32,000 nt of DNA from Propionibacteriaceae bacterium. GTDB lineage: Bacteria; Actinomycetota; Actinomycetes; Propionibacteriales; Propionibacteriaceae. The notes beneath the pieces are model-generated. The model was given only the letters and a program-made list of their open reading frames with translations. It was not told the origin of the DNA and did no database searches. This document shows positions 4,793-13,799 of the stretch, piece after piece; the first letter of the stretch is position 1, and the number at the start of each line of letters is the position of its first letter. Where the stretch lies: assembly GCA_031256725.1 (NCBI GenBank), contig JAIRQE010000015.1, positions 1 to 32,000 of the forward strand, read 5' to 3'. The position numbers and the translations under genes are program-made.

Positions 4793-7360
4793 TTACAGTG
4801 ACGTCACTCCCCAGATGTTGGAGATGTACTCCCTCATGGAACGGTCGGAACTGAAGAAACCGGTACGGGCCACGTTGAGGATAGCGGAATGGATCCAGGA
4901 AGCCTGATCGGCATACTTCGCATCCACCTGGGCTTGGGTGGTCATGTACGACTCATAATCGGCCAAGGCCATGAAGCGATCTTCGTACAGGAGATTGGAG
5001 ACCACAGACTCAAAAGCGGAATGATCACCATTGGAAAAGACTCCAGAGGCAATGAGTTCCATGGCGGCCTTCAGATCAGCATTGGATTCATAGAAAGCTG
5101 AGGGGTGGTACCCACCCGCAAGAAGAGCCTCGACCTCGGGTTCACTCATACCGAAGAGGAAGAAGTGGTCGTCGCCAACGAGTTCACGGATCTCGACATT
5201 CGCGCCATCATCGGTACCAATAGTCAAAGCCCCATTCAAAGCGAACTTCATGTTGCCCGTACCCGATGCTTCCTTGCCCGCAAGCGAAATCTGTTCCGAG
5301 AGATCAGCCGCAGGAATCAAATGCTCCGCCAAGGTGACGTTGTAATTCGGTGGGAAGATCACCCTCATGACATCGTTGACGCGCTTGTCAGCGTTGATCG
5401 TCGACCCCACGGCATTGATCAGGTGAATGATCTCCTTCGCCATATAGTACCCAGGTGCTGCCTTTGCCCCGAAAACGAAGGTACGTGGTGTGACCTCATC
5501 AACCGTCACCCGCCCGTGAATGAGCTTCTCGTACATGGTCACAATGTGGAGTATCTTCAAGGACTGGCGTTTGTACTCATGGAGTCTCTTCACCATACAG
5601 TCGAGCATATGCCCTTGTGGGAGTACTATTCCATCACGGCGAGCCAAGATATCCGCAAAAGATGCCTTGTTCTGTGCCTTGATTTCCGCGAACGAAGTAC
5701 GGAACTCCTCATCATCAGCGAAGGGTTCCAATTCACGCAGTCTTTCCAGATCGGTGAGCCACCCAACACCGATCGCATCCGTGATGAGCTCCGACAAGCG
5801 TGGGTTCGACAAGCGTACAAACCGGCGTGGGGTCACACCATTGGTGACGTTCGTGAAGCGCTCAGGCCAGATCTCAGCGAACTCAGGAAGTACCTTATCC
5901 CTCAACAACTGTGAATGAAGTTCAGCAACCCCGTTCACCTTGCTCGCAGCCAAAGTCGCAAGATGGGCCATTCGTACCGCTCGAACAGGATAATCGGAGA
6001 TGATGGACATTGCGCGTACCCTCATCTCGTCCCCAGGGAAAAGCTTGCGTATCTTTGCGCAGAAATGGGTGTTGATCTGGTCGATGATCTCCATGTGACG
6101 TGGGAGAAGGCGACCAAGCAGATCGACCTCCCAGGTTTCCAGAGCCTCAGGCAGGAGGGTGTGGCAGGTGTAGTTGAAGCAGCGACTTGTGATCTCCCAC
6201 GCCTCATCGAAGTCAAGGAAGTACTCGTCGACAAGGATCCTCATGAGCTCCGGTACCGCGATCACAGGATGGGTGTCGTTGAGTTGGAAGGCGATCCGGT
6301 CCGGGAGATCGTGAACATCGAAGCCTTCCTCCATGTGGTTGAGGACATCCCGAATCGAACAAGCCACAAAGAAGTACTGTTGCTGAAGTCTCAACTCCTT
6401 GCCCTGCGGGGTCGAATCCTCGGGGTACAACACCTTGGTGATATTCTGAGCGAAAGTCTGGGCCCGTACCGCTTCGGCATAGTCACCAGAGTTGAAGATA
6501 CCCAGATCGAACGCATGGGTTGCCTCCGCACTCCACAGACGCAAGGTGTTGACCCACCCGTTCTCAAAACCGGGGACCATGTAGTTGTAGGGTACGCCAA
6601 TGACATTCCAACTCGGCACCCAACGGGCACGTTGAACTGCCTTGTCATCAATGTATTTCTCCGTATGACCCCCAAAATCTACACGAACAGAATGCTCAGG
6701 GTGCGGGAACTCCCACGGGTTACCAAGGGTCAGCCACGTATCTGGCTGCTCAATCTGGGCACCATCCACGAAAGTCTGGCGGAAGATGCCATACTCGTAA
6801 CGAATCCCGTAGCCAATCGAGGGTACACGCAGGGTCGCCAAAGAATCAATGAAGCAGGCAGCCAGTCGCCCGAGACCCCCATTGCCGAGCCCCGGTTCGA
6901 CCTCCTGGGATCGCAGGGTCCTCAGCGAAATCCCGCAGGATTCAAGGGCCTCCTCTGCAATCTTCTGCAGATCAGTGGCCAGCAGGTTGTTGTCGAGTTG
7001 GCGACCAAGAAGGTACTCCGCGGAGAGGTAGCCGACCATCTTGGGTCGGGACTCAAAGATCCTACGGTTGGATTCAAGCCAACGGGCCATCAGATAGTTT
7101 CGGACGGTACGCGCGAGGGCAAGGTACTGGTCGTTCACAGTCGAGCGGGCCAGGCTCACACCCTGACCCATGTTCAACTCGGCAAGAAACTGCTTCACGA
7201 AACCGTCAACTGTGTTCTTGGGGGACTGTACTGGGCCTAGGACGAGAGGATTCTTTACATCAAACTCGGGTCCGCGGCGTATACCTAAAACTTGAGCCTC
7301 AATAGCAAGAATTTCGGGGGCACCGTGGGGGAGATCACTAGCGTTCACATAGTTCGTCAC
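4793..7360 (-). CDS. glgP: Glycogen/alpha-glucan phosphorylase
   Basis: 855-aa ORF carrying the PLP-lysine motif EASGTGNMKFALNGALTIGTDDGANVE and the N-terminal GLGNGGLGRLAACFIDS block. It has a GTG start at 7360, immediately after an in-frame stop. Confidence 0.95.
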   Translation of the reverse strand: MTNYVNASDLPHGAPEILAIEAQVLGIRRGPEFDVKNPLVLGPVQSPKNTVDGFVKQFLAELNMGQGVSLARSTVNDQYLALARTVRNYLMARWLESNRRIFESRPKMVGYLSAEYLLGRQLDNNLLATDLQKIAEEALESCGISLRTLRSQEVEPGLGNGGLGRLAACFIDSLATLRVPSIGYGIRYEYGIFRQTFVDGAQIEQPDTWLTLGNPWEFPHPEHSVRVDFGGHTEKYIDDKAVQRARWVPSWNVIGVPYNYMVPGFENGWVNTLRLWSAEATHAFDLGIFNSGDYAEAVRAQTFAQNITKVLYPEDSTPQGKELRLQQQYFFVACSIRDVLNHMEEGFDVHDLPDRIAFQLNDTHPVIAVPELMRILVDEYFLDFDEAWEITSRCFNYTCHTLLPEALETWEVDLLGRLLPRHMEIIDQINTHFCAKIRKLFPGDEMRVRAMSIISDYPVRAVRMAHLATLAASKVNGVAELHSQLLRDKVLPEFAEIWPERFTNVTNGVTPRRFVRLSNPRLSELITDAIGVGWLTDLERLRELEPFADDEEFRTSFAEIKAQNKASFADILARRDGIVLPQGHMLDCMVKRLHEYKRQSLKILHIVTMYEKLIHGRVTVDEVTPRTFVFGAKAAPGYYMAKEIIHLINAVGSTINADKRVNDVMRVIFPPNYNVTLAEHLIPAADLSEQISLAGKEASGTGNMKFALNGALTIGTDDGANVEIRELVGDDHFFLFGMSEPEVEALLAGGYHPSAFYESNADLKAAMELIASGVFSNGDHSAFESVVSNLLYEDRFMALADYESYMTTQAQVDAKYADQASWIHSAILNVARTGFFSSDRSMREYISNIWGVTSL

Positions 7361-7451
7361 ACCACCAAGTTACCGACTCCTTGGTCGCTAACCTAATCAG
7401 GGTGCACATGGTGATACAAAACAGGACAAGAAATCTTTCCCCATCACGGTT

Positions 7452-8066
7452 TCAACGTCTCTTGTAGGGGTCTATATGAGTTGAGAAGGATTCCGTAATG
7501 CGGACTTCCCCAGGTAATCCGGGTATGGCCAAGTCGCTTAAAGACACGGTACAGGTAAGAGCGACCGAGACAGTACCTCCGCGACCCACTCCAAAATCCA
7601 GTGCAGCTGTGTTCGAGGTCACACCCACACTGCGACAGGGAGTGCGATTGTCGTTCAGATGGGATGCAATCACCTCATGAGCCACAATGTCCGCAGATCG
7701 TGCGCTGGGATATTGGGCAGCAACCCGGGTTGCACTCACCACAGCCGCGTGAACATCCTGCCCCACCATGGCAGTACGCCCAATCCCTGCAAGTAAAGCA
7801 AGAAAAAGCAGGAATACTGGAATGACAAGTACTGCCTCAATCGACATCGATCCTCGTGTGCTGTATGTATCGCAGAATCTAGACTTTTGTGTTTTGAAAT
7901 CCGTGGTGGGTGTGCGGAGAGGGTGGGACACATCTATTCCGGGCACACTCACGGATTTCTTTCCCTGCGGGAAACAAATCCTCCGTTCGGGGGGACGTCC
8001 CTGAACAGATGTGTCCCACCCTCTCCGCAGTCGTACAGACATGTCTTTGGAAACTTGTGCTCCCAT
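7452..8066 (-). CDS. TadE-like pseudopilin (second copy) with an unusually long leader that contains repeat copy B
   Basis: The mature part, SMSIEAVLVIPVFLLFLALLAG..., carries the TadE N-terminal motif and a G/xxxxE prepilin-peptidase site (TRG|SMSIE). The ATG at 8066 lies 5 nt after GGAGG and 1 nt after the upstream TAA stop (GGAGGTTAAAATG). An alternative start at ATG 7847 (RBS GAGGA) would give a 131-aa protein lacking the cleavage Gly. Confidence 0.6.
   Translation of the reverse strand: MGAQVSKDMSVRLRRGWDTSVQGRPPERRICFPQGKKSVSVPGIDVSHPLRTPTTDFKTQKSRFCDTYSTRGSMSIEAVLVIPVFLLFLALLAGIGRTAMVGQDVHAAVVSATRVAAQYPSARSADIVAHEVIASHLNDNRTPCRSVGVTSNTAALDFGVGRGGTVSVALTCTVSLSDLAIPGLPGEVRITESFSTHIDPYKRR
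7914..8028. repeat. Copy B of the roughly 115-bp structured repeat
   Basis: A perfect 22-bp inverted repeat: GCGGAGAGGGTGGGACACATCT (7914-7935) pairs with AGATGTGTCCCACCCTCTCCGC (8007-8028). It flanks the same core as copy A (tctattc...ctcacg...tttcc-loop-ggaaaca..cctccgttcgggg...gaacaga). Confidence 0.85.
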
Positions 8067-8067
8067 T

Positions 8068-8463
8068 TTAACCTCCATTTAGGGGCAGGGTTGCGGACTC
8101 TTGTACCTTCCAGGTCCACCCAGGGATCACAGACTTAGCTTGGCCAGTGATCTCCAGTGTGAGGGTAGACCCAGATCTGGTTGTGGTGATCCTCCACTCT
8201 TGACCCACTTTGCGGGAATCCAGTATTGCTTGAGCCAGACGTTCACCCTGGGTGGAGGAACTGTAGGCGGCAGTCGCGTTACGTACCCCATCTAGGGCAG
8301 CTGCTTGGGCTACCGAGGAAGCATGGATCCACAAGGAGACCTGCAAGATCAGGAAAAGGGTGAGCAGGAAGACTGGTAGAAGAATGACCGCTTCTATCGA
8401 CACTGATCCTTGAGTGTGAGCCCGAAGATTAGTATTCGTCTGCCGCCCACGTTTCCTGGTCAT
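8068..8463 (-). CDS. tadE: TadE-like pseudopilin
   Basis: MTRKRGRQTNTNLRAHTQG|SVSIEAVILLPVFLLTLFLILQVSLW... has a basic leader, a G/xxxxE site and a hydrophobic helix. The ATG at 8463 overlaps the flp stop (ATGA). The ORF is open further upstream, to 8553. Confidence 0.7.
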   Translation of the reverse strand: MTRKRGRQTNTNLRAHTQGSVSIEAVILLPVFLLTLFLILQVSLWIHASSVAQAAALDGVRNATAAYSSSTQGERLAQAILDSRKVGQEWRITTTRSGSTLTLEITGQAKSVIPGWTWKVQESATLPLNGG

Positions 8464-8639
8464 AGTCCCATTAGATGGTTGGAGTGGTTCGTCACATAGT
8501 AGGTGATCGCGGCAACAACAATCGCTGCGATAGCGATCACAGCCAGGGCCCAAATGACGTTCTCCATGGTGACGGAGCCTCGCTCCTTCATGGGGTCACG
8601 TGGGTACCAACTGGTGAGTGATGTAATGATCTGAGGCAT
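8460..8639 (-). CDS. flp: Flp-family type IVb pilin
   Basis: MPQIITSLTSWYPRDPMKERG|SVTMENVIWALAVIAIAAIVVAAITYYV... is 59 aa with the Flp motif: Gly, then Glu at +5, then a hydrophobic stretch. The ATG at 8639 is preceded by AAGGAAGG. Alternative starts lie at 8660 and 8591. Confidence 0.7.
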   Translation of the reverse strand: MPQIITSLTSWYPRDPMKERGSVTMENVIWALAVIAIAAIVVAAITYYVTNHSNHLMGL

Positions 8640-8667
8640 GAGCCTTCCTTTCTTTTTCATGGTTTAA

Positions 8668-9558
8668 CTAGGGAAAAGAGATTGCCATCGATAGTAGAGC
8701 TGGGCCAATAAGAATAGCGAGAAAAACGATACCGAGTACAGAGACAGGCAGGCTCATCTTCTCGTTCGCCTCATGAGCGCGAGTCGTATCGGATAGGAGG
8801 AGTCCCTCGCGAATGCTGCGAGCTTTAGCGCGAAGGATGCGATAGATCCCAGCACCCTCATTCGAGGACAGGGTGATGATGTCGGCGACCTCACCCAGAT
8901 CTGTCGTACCAAGATCCTTGGAGAGTTCACGCAAAGCATCGCCACTGGTGAGTCCAGCCCAGGTTGCTTGGTCGAGGGACTCCCTGAGTCGGGCGAAAAC
9001 CCAGGAGTCGCCCACGTTCGCTGCAACATCAAGTGCCTGTTTGGTACCAGACCCGCAGGAGCGTTCCAAGGCCACAAGGTTCACAAAACAAGCCAGGGTA
9101 CGCGAGAACTCCACTCGTGCATTGGAGGCTTTCGCCCGTACCTCCATATCGGGGACCATGAAGGCTACGGCTGCCAGAGCCAAAGCCAGGACAGCAGGGA
9201 CAACGAAAGGTACAGCGAGGCCAAGGAGGATGACCACAGTAAAGACCACACTCGGCAAAAGCAGACCCACGAGGGCGTAGGCAATCTTTTGGGCAATGAA
9301 GTGTGCTGGGGTCCTGGATAGAAGTGCCAGGTCTTGGGTTGGGATGGGCCTGATTTTCTCGGGTAGTTTCCTGATCCCCCAACTACCGACGGCATCCCAG
9401 CCTCGGGTTTCCTCAACCGTCTGGTTGTGTTGTACTGCTGAGAACATGGCAAGGGTTTGGGCGAGGTTCGGATGGGCTGGGAGAAGACGGATAATGATGA
9501 TCCACAGCCCACATCCTGCGATGGCCCCGGCAAGGATTGCCCATTGGAATGCCGTCAT
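8668..9558 (-). CDS. tadC: Tad pilus inner-membrane platform protein TadC (T2SS F-domain family)
   Basis: 296 aa and polytopic, in the position and with the architecture of the second GspF-like protein of Tad loci. It overlaps tadB by 4 nt. Confidence 0.75.
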   Translation of the reverse strand: MTAFQWAILAGAIAGCGLWIIIIRLLPAHPNLAQTLAMFSAVQHNQTVEETRGWDAVGSWGIRKLPEKIRPIPTQDLALLSRTPAHFIAQKIAYALVGLLLPSVVFTVVILLGLAVPFVVPAVLALALAAVAFMVPDMEVRAKASNARVEFSRTLACFVNLVALERSCGSGTKQALDVAANVGDSWVFARLRESLDQATWAGLTSGDALRELSKDLGTTDLGEVADIITLSSNEGAGIYRILRAKARSIREGLLLSDTTRAHEANEKMSLPVSVLGIVFLAILIGPALLSMAISFP

Positions 9559-10397
9559 GATGCCTCCTGGGCTGCATGTTCACCAAGGAAACGCAGACTG
9601 GGTTGCCCGGATGCGATCTTCTTCATCCACACGAGTACCCCAGCATAAGCAGCGAGCATCGCTAAGAGGATGACCTGACCAACCCCTGTTTTGTAGGGAG
9701 CAACATAGTCCCCAGTGAAAAACAGGGCTAGGAGTACAACACCTGTAATGATGGTGACCCATCTGGCTGTGGCTCGTGGTTTGGCGGCATCGGCTTCCAC
9801 GTGGCGGCGGGCCCGAATGTCGAGGGCCACAGATTCGGCGAGGTCTTCAAGGATGGTGGCCAGCCCATCGCCACGACGTTGGGCCCCTAGGAGAAGATTC
9901 GCGGCAATAATGTCACCCGTGGGATCATCAAGGTCATCTGCGAAGGCTCTCAACGCTGAAGGTGTTGTCCATCTGGCCTTGAGTCTGATAACGAGCCTTG
10001 TCACATGGGGTTTGAGTGGCCCTGGAGTTGAGTTGAGGGAGGCAATGAGTGCCTGTTCGAGGCCAGCTCCAGCAGTGAGAATTCCTGCGAGGGAGCGTGT
10101 CCACTCTTCCATGGCTTCCATCTTGGCAATGTCGCTTGCAGTTTCTGTTGTACCAATGAGGTACGGAAGCCCCAACCCGATCATGGGAAGGATGACGATT
10201 GCAACAGTCCACCCGGTGAGTACTGTTACAACCAGCCCTACTCCCGCGAGAAGGACTGCGATCGCGATGGGGGAACGCCAGTTGAAGCGGGGCCACTTGA
10301 GGTTGATTCTTCTGCGGTGAACGGAACGAGCCCCCTGGATGACGAGAAGGATTCCTGCCGCTATAAGGCCTCCAATGAGTGCGAGGATCACGGACAT
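9555..10397 (-). CDS. tadB: Tad pilus inner-membrane platform protein TadB (T2SS F-domain family)
   Basis: 280 aa with N- and C-terminal TM helices flanking a cytoplasmic helical domain. It overlaps tadA by 10 nt. Confidence 0.75.
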   Translation of the reverse strand: MSVILALIGGLIAAGILLVIQGARSVHRRRINLKWPRFNWRSPIAIAVLLAGVGLVVTVLTGWTVAIVILPMIGLGLPYLIGTTETASDIAKMEAMEEWTRSLAGILTAGAGLEQALIASLNSTPGPLKPHVTRLVIRLKARWTTPSALRAFADDLDDPTGDIIAANLLLGAQRRGDGLATILEDLAESVALDIRARRHVEADAAKPRATARWVTIITGVVLLALFFTGDYVAPYKTGVGQVILLAMLAAYAGVLVWMKKIASGQPSLRFLGEHAAQEAS

Positions 10398-11905
10398 GCC
10401 AGATTCCTCAACTCTTCCATGGGGTCGAAAGCCTGGAGGTACCCGTCGGGTACAGTTTCCATTCCAGCGACTCGTTGACCCGGGAGGGTGGAGAATAGTC
10501 GAGTGGTAGCATAACCGCGAGCTGAATCGCTGGCCTCCACTGCGATGATCTCCTTGACCCAGCGGTGGCGCTTGAAACCCTGGGCAGTTTTCTCGGTAGA
10601 GACCTCCATATGTACGACGAAATCAATATCTTCTGCGACAGCGCGGGTTGCGTATTCGCTTGTCACATGGGGTCCGGCTTCCATCGCACAGGTGATGAGT
10701 TTGCGGATCGCTGCCTCAGCGGAATGACCATGCGTGGTTGACAGTGATCCTGACCCGGATTGCATGGCTTTGAGCATTGCGAGGATTTCTTTGCCCCGTA
10801 CCTCACCGACAATCTGGCGTGACAGGTTGAAGCGGAAGGAGTCGTACAGGGCATCATCGAGAAGGAACTCACCTGCCCTTCTTCCCATGGCATCCATTTC
10901 TCCTGAGCCTGGTCGTGCCTCCCATGCATAGACGATGTTGTGCCTGTCAGGCATGAGATGGAGGTGGAGTTCATATTCAGTCTCGAAGGTACCAATCACT
11001 TCAGTGGGTGGGATCTCTGCACACAGCGCTCGCATGAGAGTGGTTTTCCCTGCGCCTTGGGCGCCAGATACCACGATGGATGCTCTTCGCCGTACTGCTT
11101 CGGCGAGGAATTTTGCTGCAGGATAGGCGAGGGTGCCACAGGTAACCAGGTCATCCAGGGTGACCCCCTGGGCTCGGTGACGCCGGATCACCACGGAGGG
11201 CCGGGGGGTCACCCATGCGGCTGCAGCGAGTCGCGCCCCAGAATCGAGGCGCATATGTAGTCGCGGTTCCGCTGGGGAGAAGGAGCGTTCATTCGCTTCG
11301 GAACGCGATGCGATGAAGCTCAGAAAGTCGATGAGTTCCGCATCAGAGTCAGCCACTGGTGTACCACGGGTGAGTCTGCCATCACTGGATTCGATCCACA
11401 CGTTATCAGCACCACAGATGATCACGTTCTCTATCGAGTCATCATCAACGAGCCCTTGAAGACGCCCGAGACGGAAGAGAGAGTCGAAGACGGCTTGACC
11501 GATTCTGGCTTGGTACTGGGAAGCCCAAGGGGTGGTACCGTGGGTGATCGCCTCTGAGGTGTGCTCGTCAAGAAGGTCAGCAATAATGACCCGACCAAGT
11601 GCTTGCTGATGGTCAGCATCCTCGGACCCTAGTCGAGCACTCAGTCTCTTGGAGGCAGCAGTACGCATCTGCGCGACCGCCTTCCAGTCGATCTCTGATT
11701 CTGGGGACCATGGGATCGTGGCGGGGGTATCAACGGTGTACATCGGTGGTACATCCAGTCGTTGATAGGGAGCCTGTACGGGACCGCTTACCCAAGGTTG
11801 TGGTACAGCCACCTGATGGGGGTTGATGTGTGACAGGTTCGGGTGGGAACTGAACAGGGGCAAGCTCGACAATGGTTGAGTGTCGCCATAAGGAACCTGG
11901 GTCAT
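10388..11905 (-). CDS. tadA: Tad secretion ATPase TadA/CpaF
   Basis: Walker A SGAQGAGKTT, then ...RQIVGEVRGKE... and STTHGHSAEAA (His box), typical of the VirB11/CpaF family. The ATG at 11905 overlaps the tadZ stop (ATGA). The ORF is open to 11962. Confidence 0.9.
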   Translation of the reverse strand: MTQVPYGDTQPLSSLPLFSSHPNLSHINPHQVAVPQPWVSGPVQAPYQRLDVPPMYTVDTPATIPWSPESEIDWKAVAQMRTAASKRLSARLGSEDADHQQALGRVIIADLLDEHTSEAITHGTTPWASQYQARIGQAVFDSLFRLGRLQGLVDDDSIENVIICGADNVWIESSDGRLTRGTPVADSDAELIDFLSFIASRSEANERSFSPAEPRLHMRLDSGARLAAAAWVTPRPSVVIRRHRAQGVTLDDLVTCGTLAYPAAKFLAEAVRRRASIVVSGAQGAGKTTLMRALCAEIPPTEVIGTFETEYELHLHLMPDRHNIVYAWEARPGSGEMDAMGRRAGEFLLDDALYDSFRFNLSRQIVGEVRGKEILAMLKAMQSGSGSLSTTHGHSAEAAIRKLITCAMEAGPHVTSEYATRAVAEDIDFVVHMEVSTEKTAQGFKRHRWVKEIIAVEASDSARGYATTRLFSTLPGQRVAGMETVPDGYLQAFDPMEELRNLACP

Positions 11906-12666
11906 GATGCACCTGCCGTGAGAAGCTGAGATGAGATGAAGGTATGGATCTCGGTCACGCAACTGGTGAGACTTCGAGATAGACGGGTACGCCCCTTCAC
12001 CCTTGTACCTTCAGAGAAGACCTTGGCGCCCTTGGCATCAAGGGTGAGTGTGGAAACCACAGGCAAACCAAGGACATCCAAGACCTCTTTGCTGGAGTAC
12101 GGATTCCCCGACCCAACCAGGAGTACACCCCATGGTGGGGTCTCTGGATGAAGGTCACGAGTTTCATGGGCAAGATCTGTCCACTGTTTGGCGCCCGCCA
12201 ATGATGGTAGATCTGAGCGTGTCACCAGCAACACCAGATCCACGAGTGACAGGAGTACATCAGGGTAGGACTCCATCGCAAGACGCCCCGCATCAATGAG
12301 GACATCTGTACCTTCACAGCCCAGGGTTGACCAGATCAGACTCAGTGGTTCCCACAGATCCTCTGCAGAGCGAGCCTGAGCATGGGAGCGCGGACCAGGC
12401 AAAACATAGGCCTGTGTTCCAGGTACAGGGATCAGCGAGTGGGGGAACTGTTCGGCGAGTCGGTTGTTGCGTCGGGCCAAAAGGAGGTCGACCACTGATT
12501 GTGGTGGAGCCTGGAAGCCGCCGAAGAATCCCGCCAACATGGAGGACCCACCCACAGGATCGGCTTCCACTGCAATGGCGGGCCGTGGCCACGAGCAAGC
12601 CAGACCTAGGGTTGTCGTTGTGACTCCGGGTGCACCACAGGCGGAGGTGAGAAGGATGACCGTCAT
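11902..12666 (-). CDS. tadZ: TadZ/CpaE-like (ParA/MinD-fold) pilus localisation protein with a degenerate P-loop
   Basis: MTVILLTSACGAPGVTTTTLGLA... matches the actinobacterial CpaE-like proteins that precede tadA. The P-loop position lacks the usual Lys (GAPGVTTT). Confidence 0.6.
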   Translation of the reverse strand: MTVILLTSACGAPGVTTTTLGLACSWPRPAIAVEADPVGGSSMLAGFFGGFQAPPQSVVDLLLARRNNRLAEQFPHSLIPVPGTQAYVLPGPRSHAQARSAEDLWEPLSLIWSTLGCEGTDVLIDAGRLAMESYPDVLLSLVDLVLLVTRSDLPSLAGAKQWTDLAHETRDLHPETPPWGVLLVGSGNPYSSKEVLDVLGLPVVSTLTLDAKGAKVFSEGTRVKGRTRLSRSLTSCVTEIHTFISSQLLTAGAS

Positions 12667-13262
12667 CAGTTCTCCCTCGTAGTCAACACAAGTGCAATAC
12701 GGTTGGAGGCCGACAGTACCGCCAAAGTCGCAGCATTCGCAGATGACACTCTCACCGTTGCCACAGCCATAGCATTGTTCTCATCAGTGATGGTGACCAG
12801 AGTTCCCGGATAACTCATCGGGGTTGTCCAGGTTTCCGAATACTCTGGCACTGCGACAAGAAGTACCTTGTCACCTGGGGTAAGTTCGTTGTTTGGATAC
12901 TCTCCTGGAATGAGCGCGACCCCGATTTCAGCCTCACCTAGAGCAGGGCTTGGTCGATCTCCAACAGCATCACTAACCAGAAAGGAACCAGGTACAAGGT
13001 CAGCACTAGCATATTGGCCGACAACCTGATTGAGCTGAGAAGCGGGTACCGGTTTCAAGAGTGCATCGAAGCCAACCTGGACGGTAATCAAATCACTGCG
13101 TTGGATCTGTTGGCCGCGAGCCACTGGTGCGACGACAGCAATGACTTCTTGGGTTTGGCTGAGTTGGGTATAGATACCAACTGATACAAGTGCTCCAGCG
13201 ATAACGAGTACGACACCGGAAATCACCATCATGGGGCTTCGTCTGGCTTGTGGGCTGGTCAT
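12666..13262 (-). CDS. CpaB/RcpC-like SAF-domain pilus assembly protein
   Basis: An N-terminal TM anchor (VISGVVLVIAGALVSVGIY) is followed by a SAF-like segment (VVAPVARGQQIQRSDLITVQV). It shares nt 12666 with the tadZ start codon (its TGA stop at 12666-12668 overlaps the tadZ ATG at 12664-12666). Confidence 0.55.
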   Translation of the reverse strand: MTSPQARRSPMMVISGVVLVIAGALVSVGIYTQLSQTQEVIAVVAPVARGQQIQRSDLITVQVGFDALLKPVPASQLNQVVGQYASADLVPGSFLVSDAVGDRPSPALGEAEIGVALIPGEYPNNELTPGDKVLLVAVPEYSETWTTPMSYPGTLVTITDENNAMAVATVRVSSANAATLAVLSASNRIALVLTTREN

Positions 13263-13266
13263 CAGA

Positions 13267-13713
13267 TCACCTCCCCTGCATAATCTGCATGGTCGCTGTA
13301 CCCTTCAAAGGCAGACGGTTGATCATCAGAATTGAGAGCAGCTTGGTGTCATAACTACCTCTCACCTCGACAACAAGGTTGCGCCCTGACAGGAATACCG
13401 TACCTATCGTCCCTGTTCGTGCCAGACAATTCTGGGCCTGGGCGACAGCTAGTACCGTGGACGTTGCACCCATGGTGATCTGATTCGACCCCTCGCGAGC
13501 ACAGTACCCTGCCTGATCTCGAAGTTGTTGTTCTGCCAGTGTCTGTCCAGAGAAATCCACTCCAAGGCCAACACACAATAGTGCTGCCAGGGATGCCATG
13601 GGCACCATGGCCACGATCCTCCCGGCCTCCCGATCTGCCTTCCGCATGGAAGGCCTTCGATCCGATTGCGAGGAAGCACGCCCAAGTTTTTTAAAGGATG
13701 CAATCAACGTCAT
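13267..13713 (-). CDS. TadE/G-like (TadG-related) pilus biogenesis protein
   Basis: A TM helix is followed by GLGVDFSGQTLAEQQLRDQAG, the pattern of the Flp pilus-assembly TadE/G-like N-terminal domain. An alternative start lies at 13647. Confidence 0.5.
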   Translation of the reverse strand: MTLIASFKKLGRASSQSDRRPSMRKADREAGRIVAMVPMASLAALLCVGLGVDFSGQTLAEQQLRDQAGYCAREGSNQITMGATSTVLAVAQAQNCLARTGTIGTVFLSGRNLVVEVRGSYDTKLLSILMINRLPLKGTATMQIMQGR

Positions 13714-13799
13714 GGATTAAGCCTTGCGGGTTTCAGACCCTCATAGGAAGTTATCCACAGGTTTTTTGAATTGGTTGTTGTTCCTTTGGCATGAGGCCG

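Noticed and set aside
5105-7240. Long plus-strand ORFs (5105..5914, 269 aa; 5915..7240, 441 aa) opposite glgP
   Set aside because: These are antisense shadow ORFs of a strongly supported 855-aa phosphorylase gene. Their translations are low-complexity and Arg/Leu/Val-rich with no recognisable motifs.
8754-12682. Many 60-200 aa ORFs on both strands overlapping tadC, tadB, tadA and tadZ (for example 8873..9280, 9715..10320, 12327..12623)
   Set aside because: They overlap well-supported Tad genes, are rich in Arg/Pro/Ser as expected for out-of-frame GC-biased sequence, and have no RBS or motif support.
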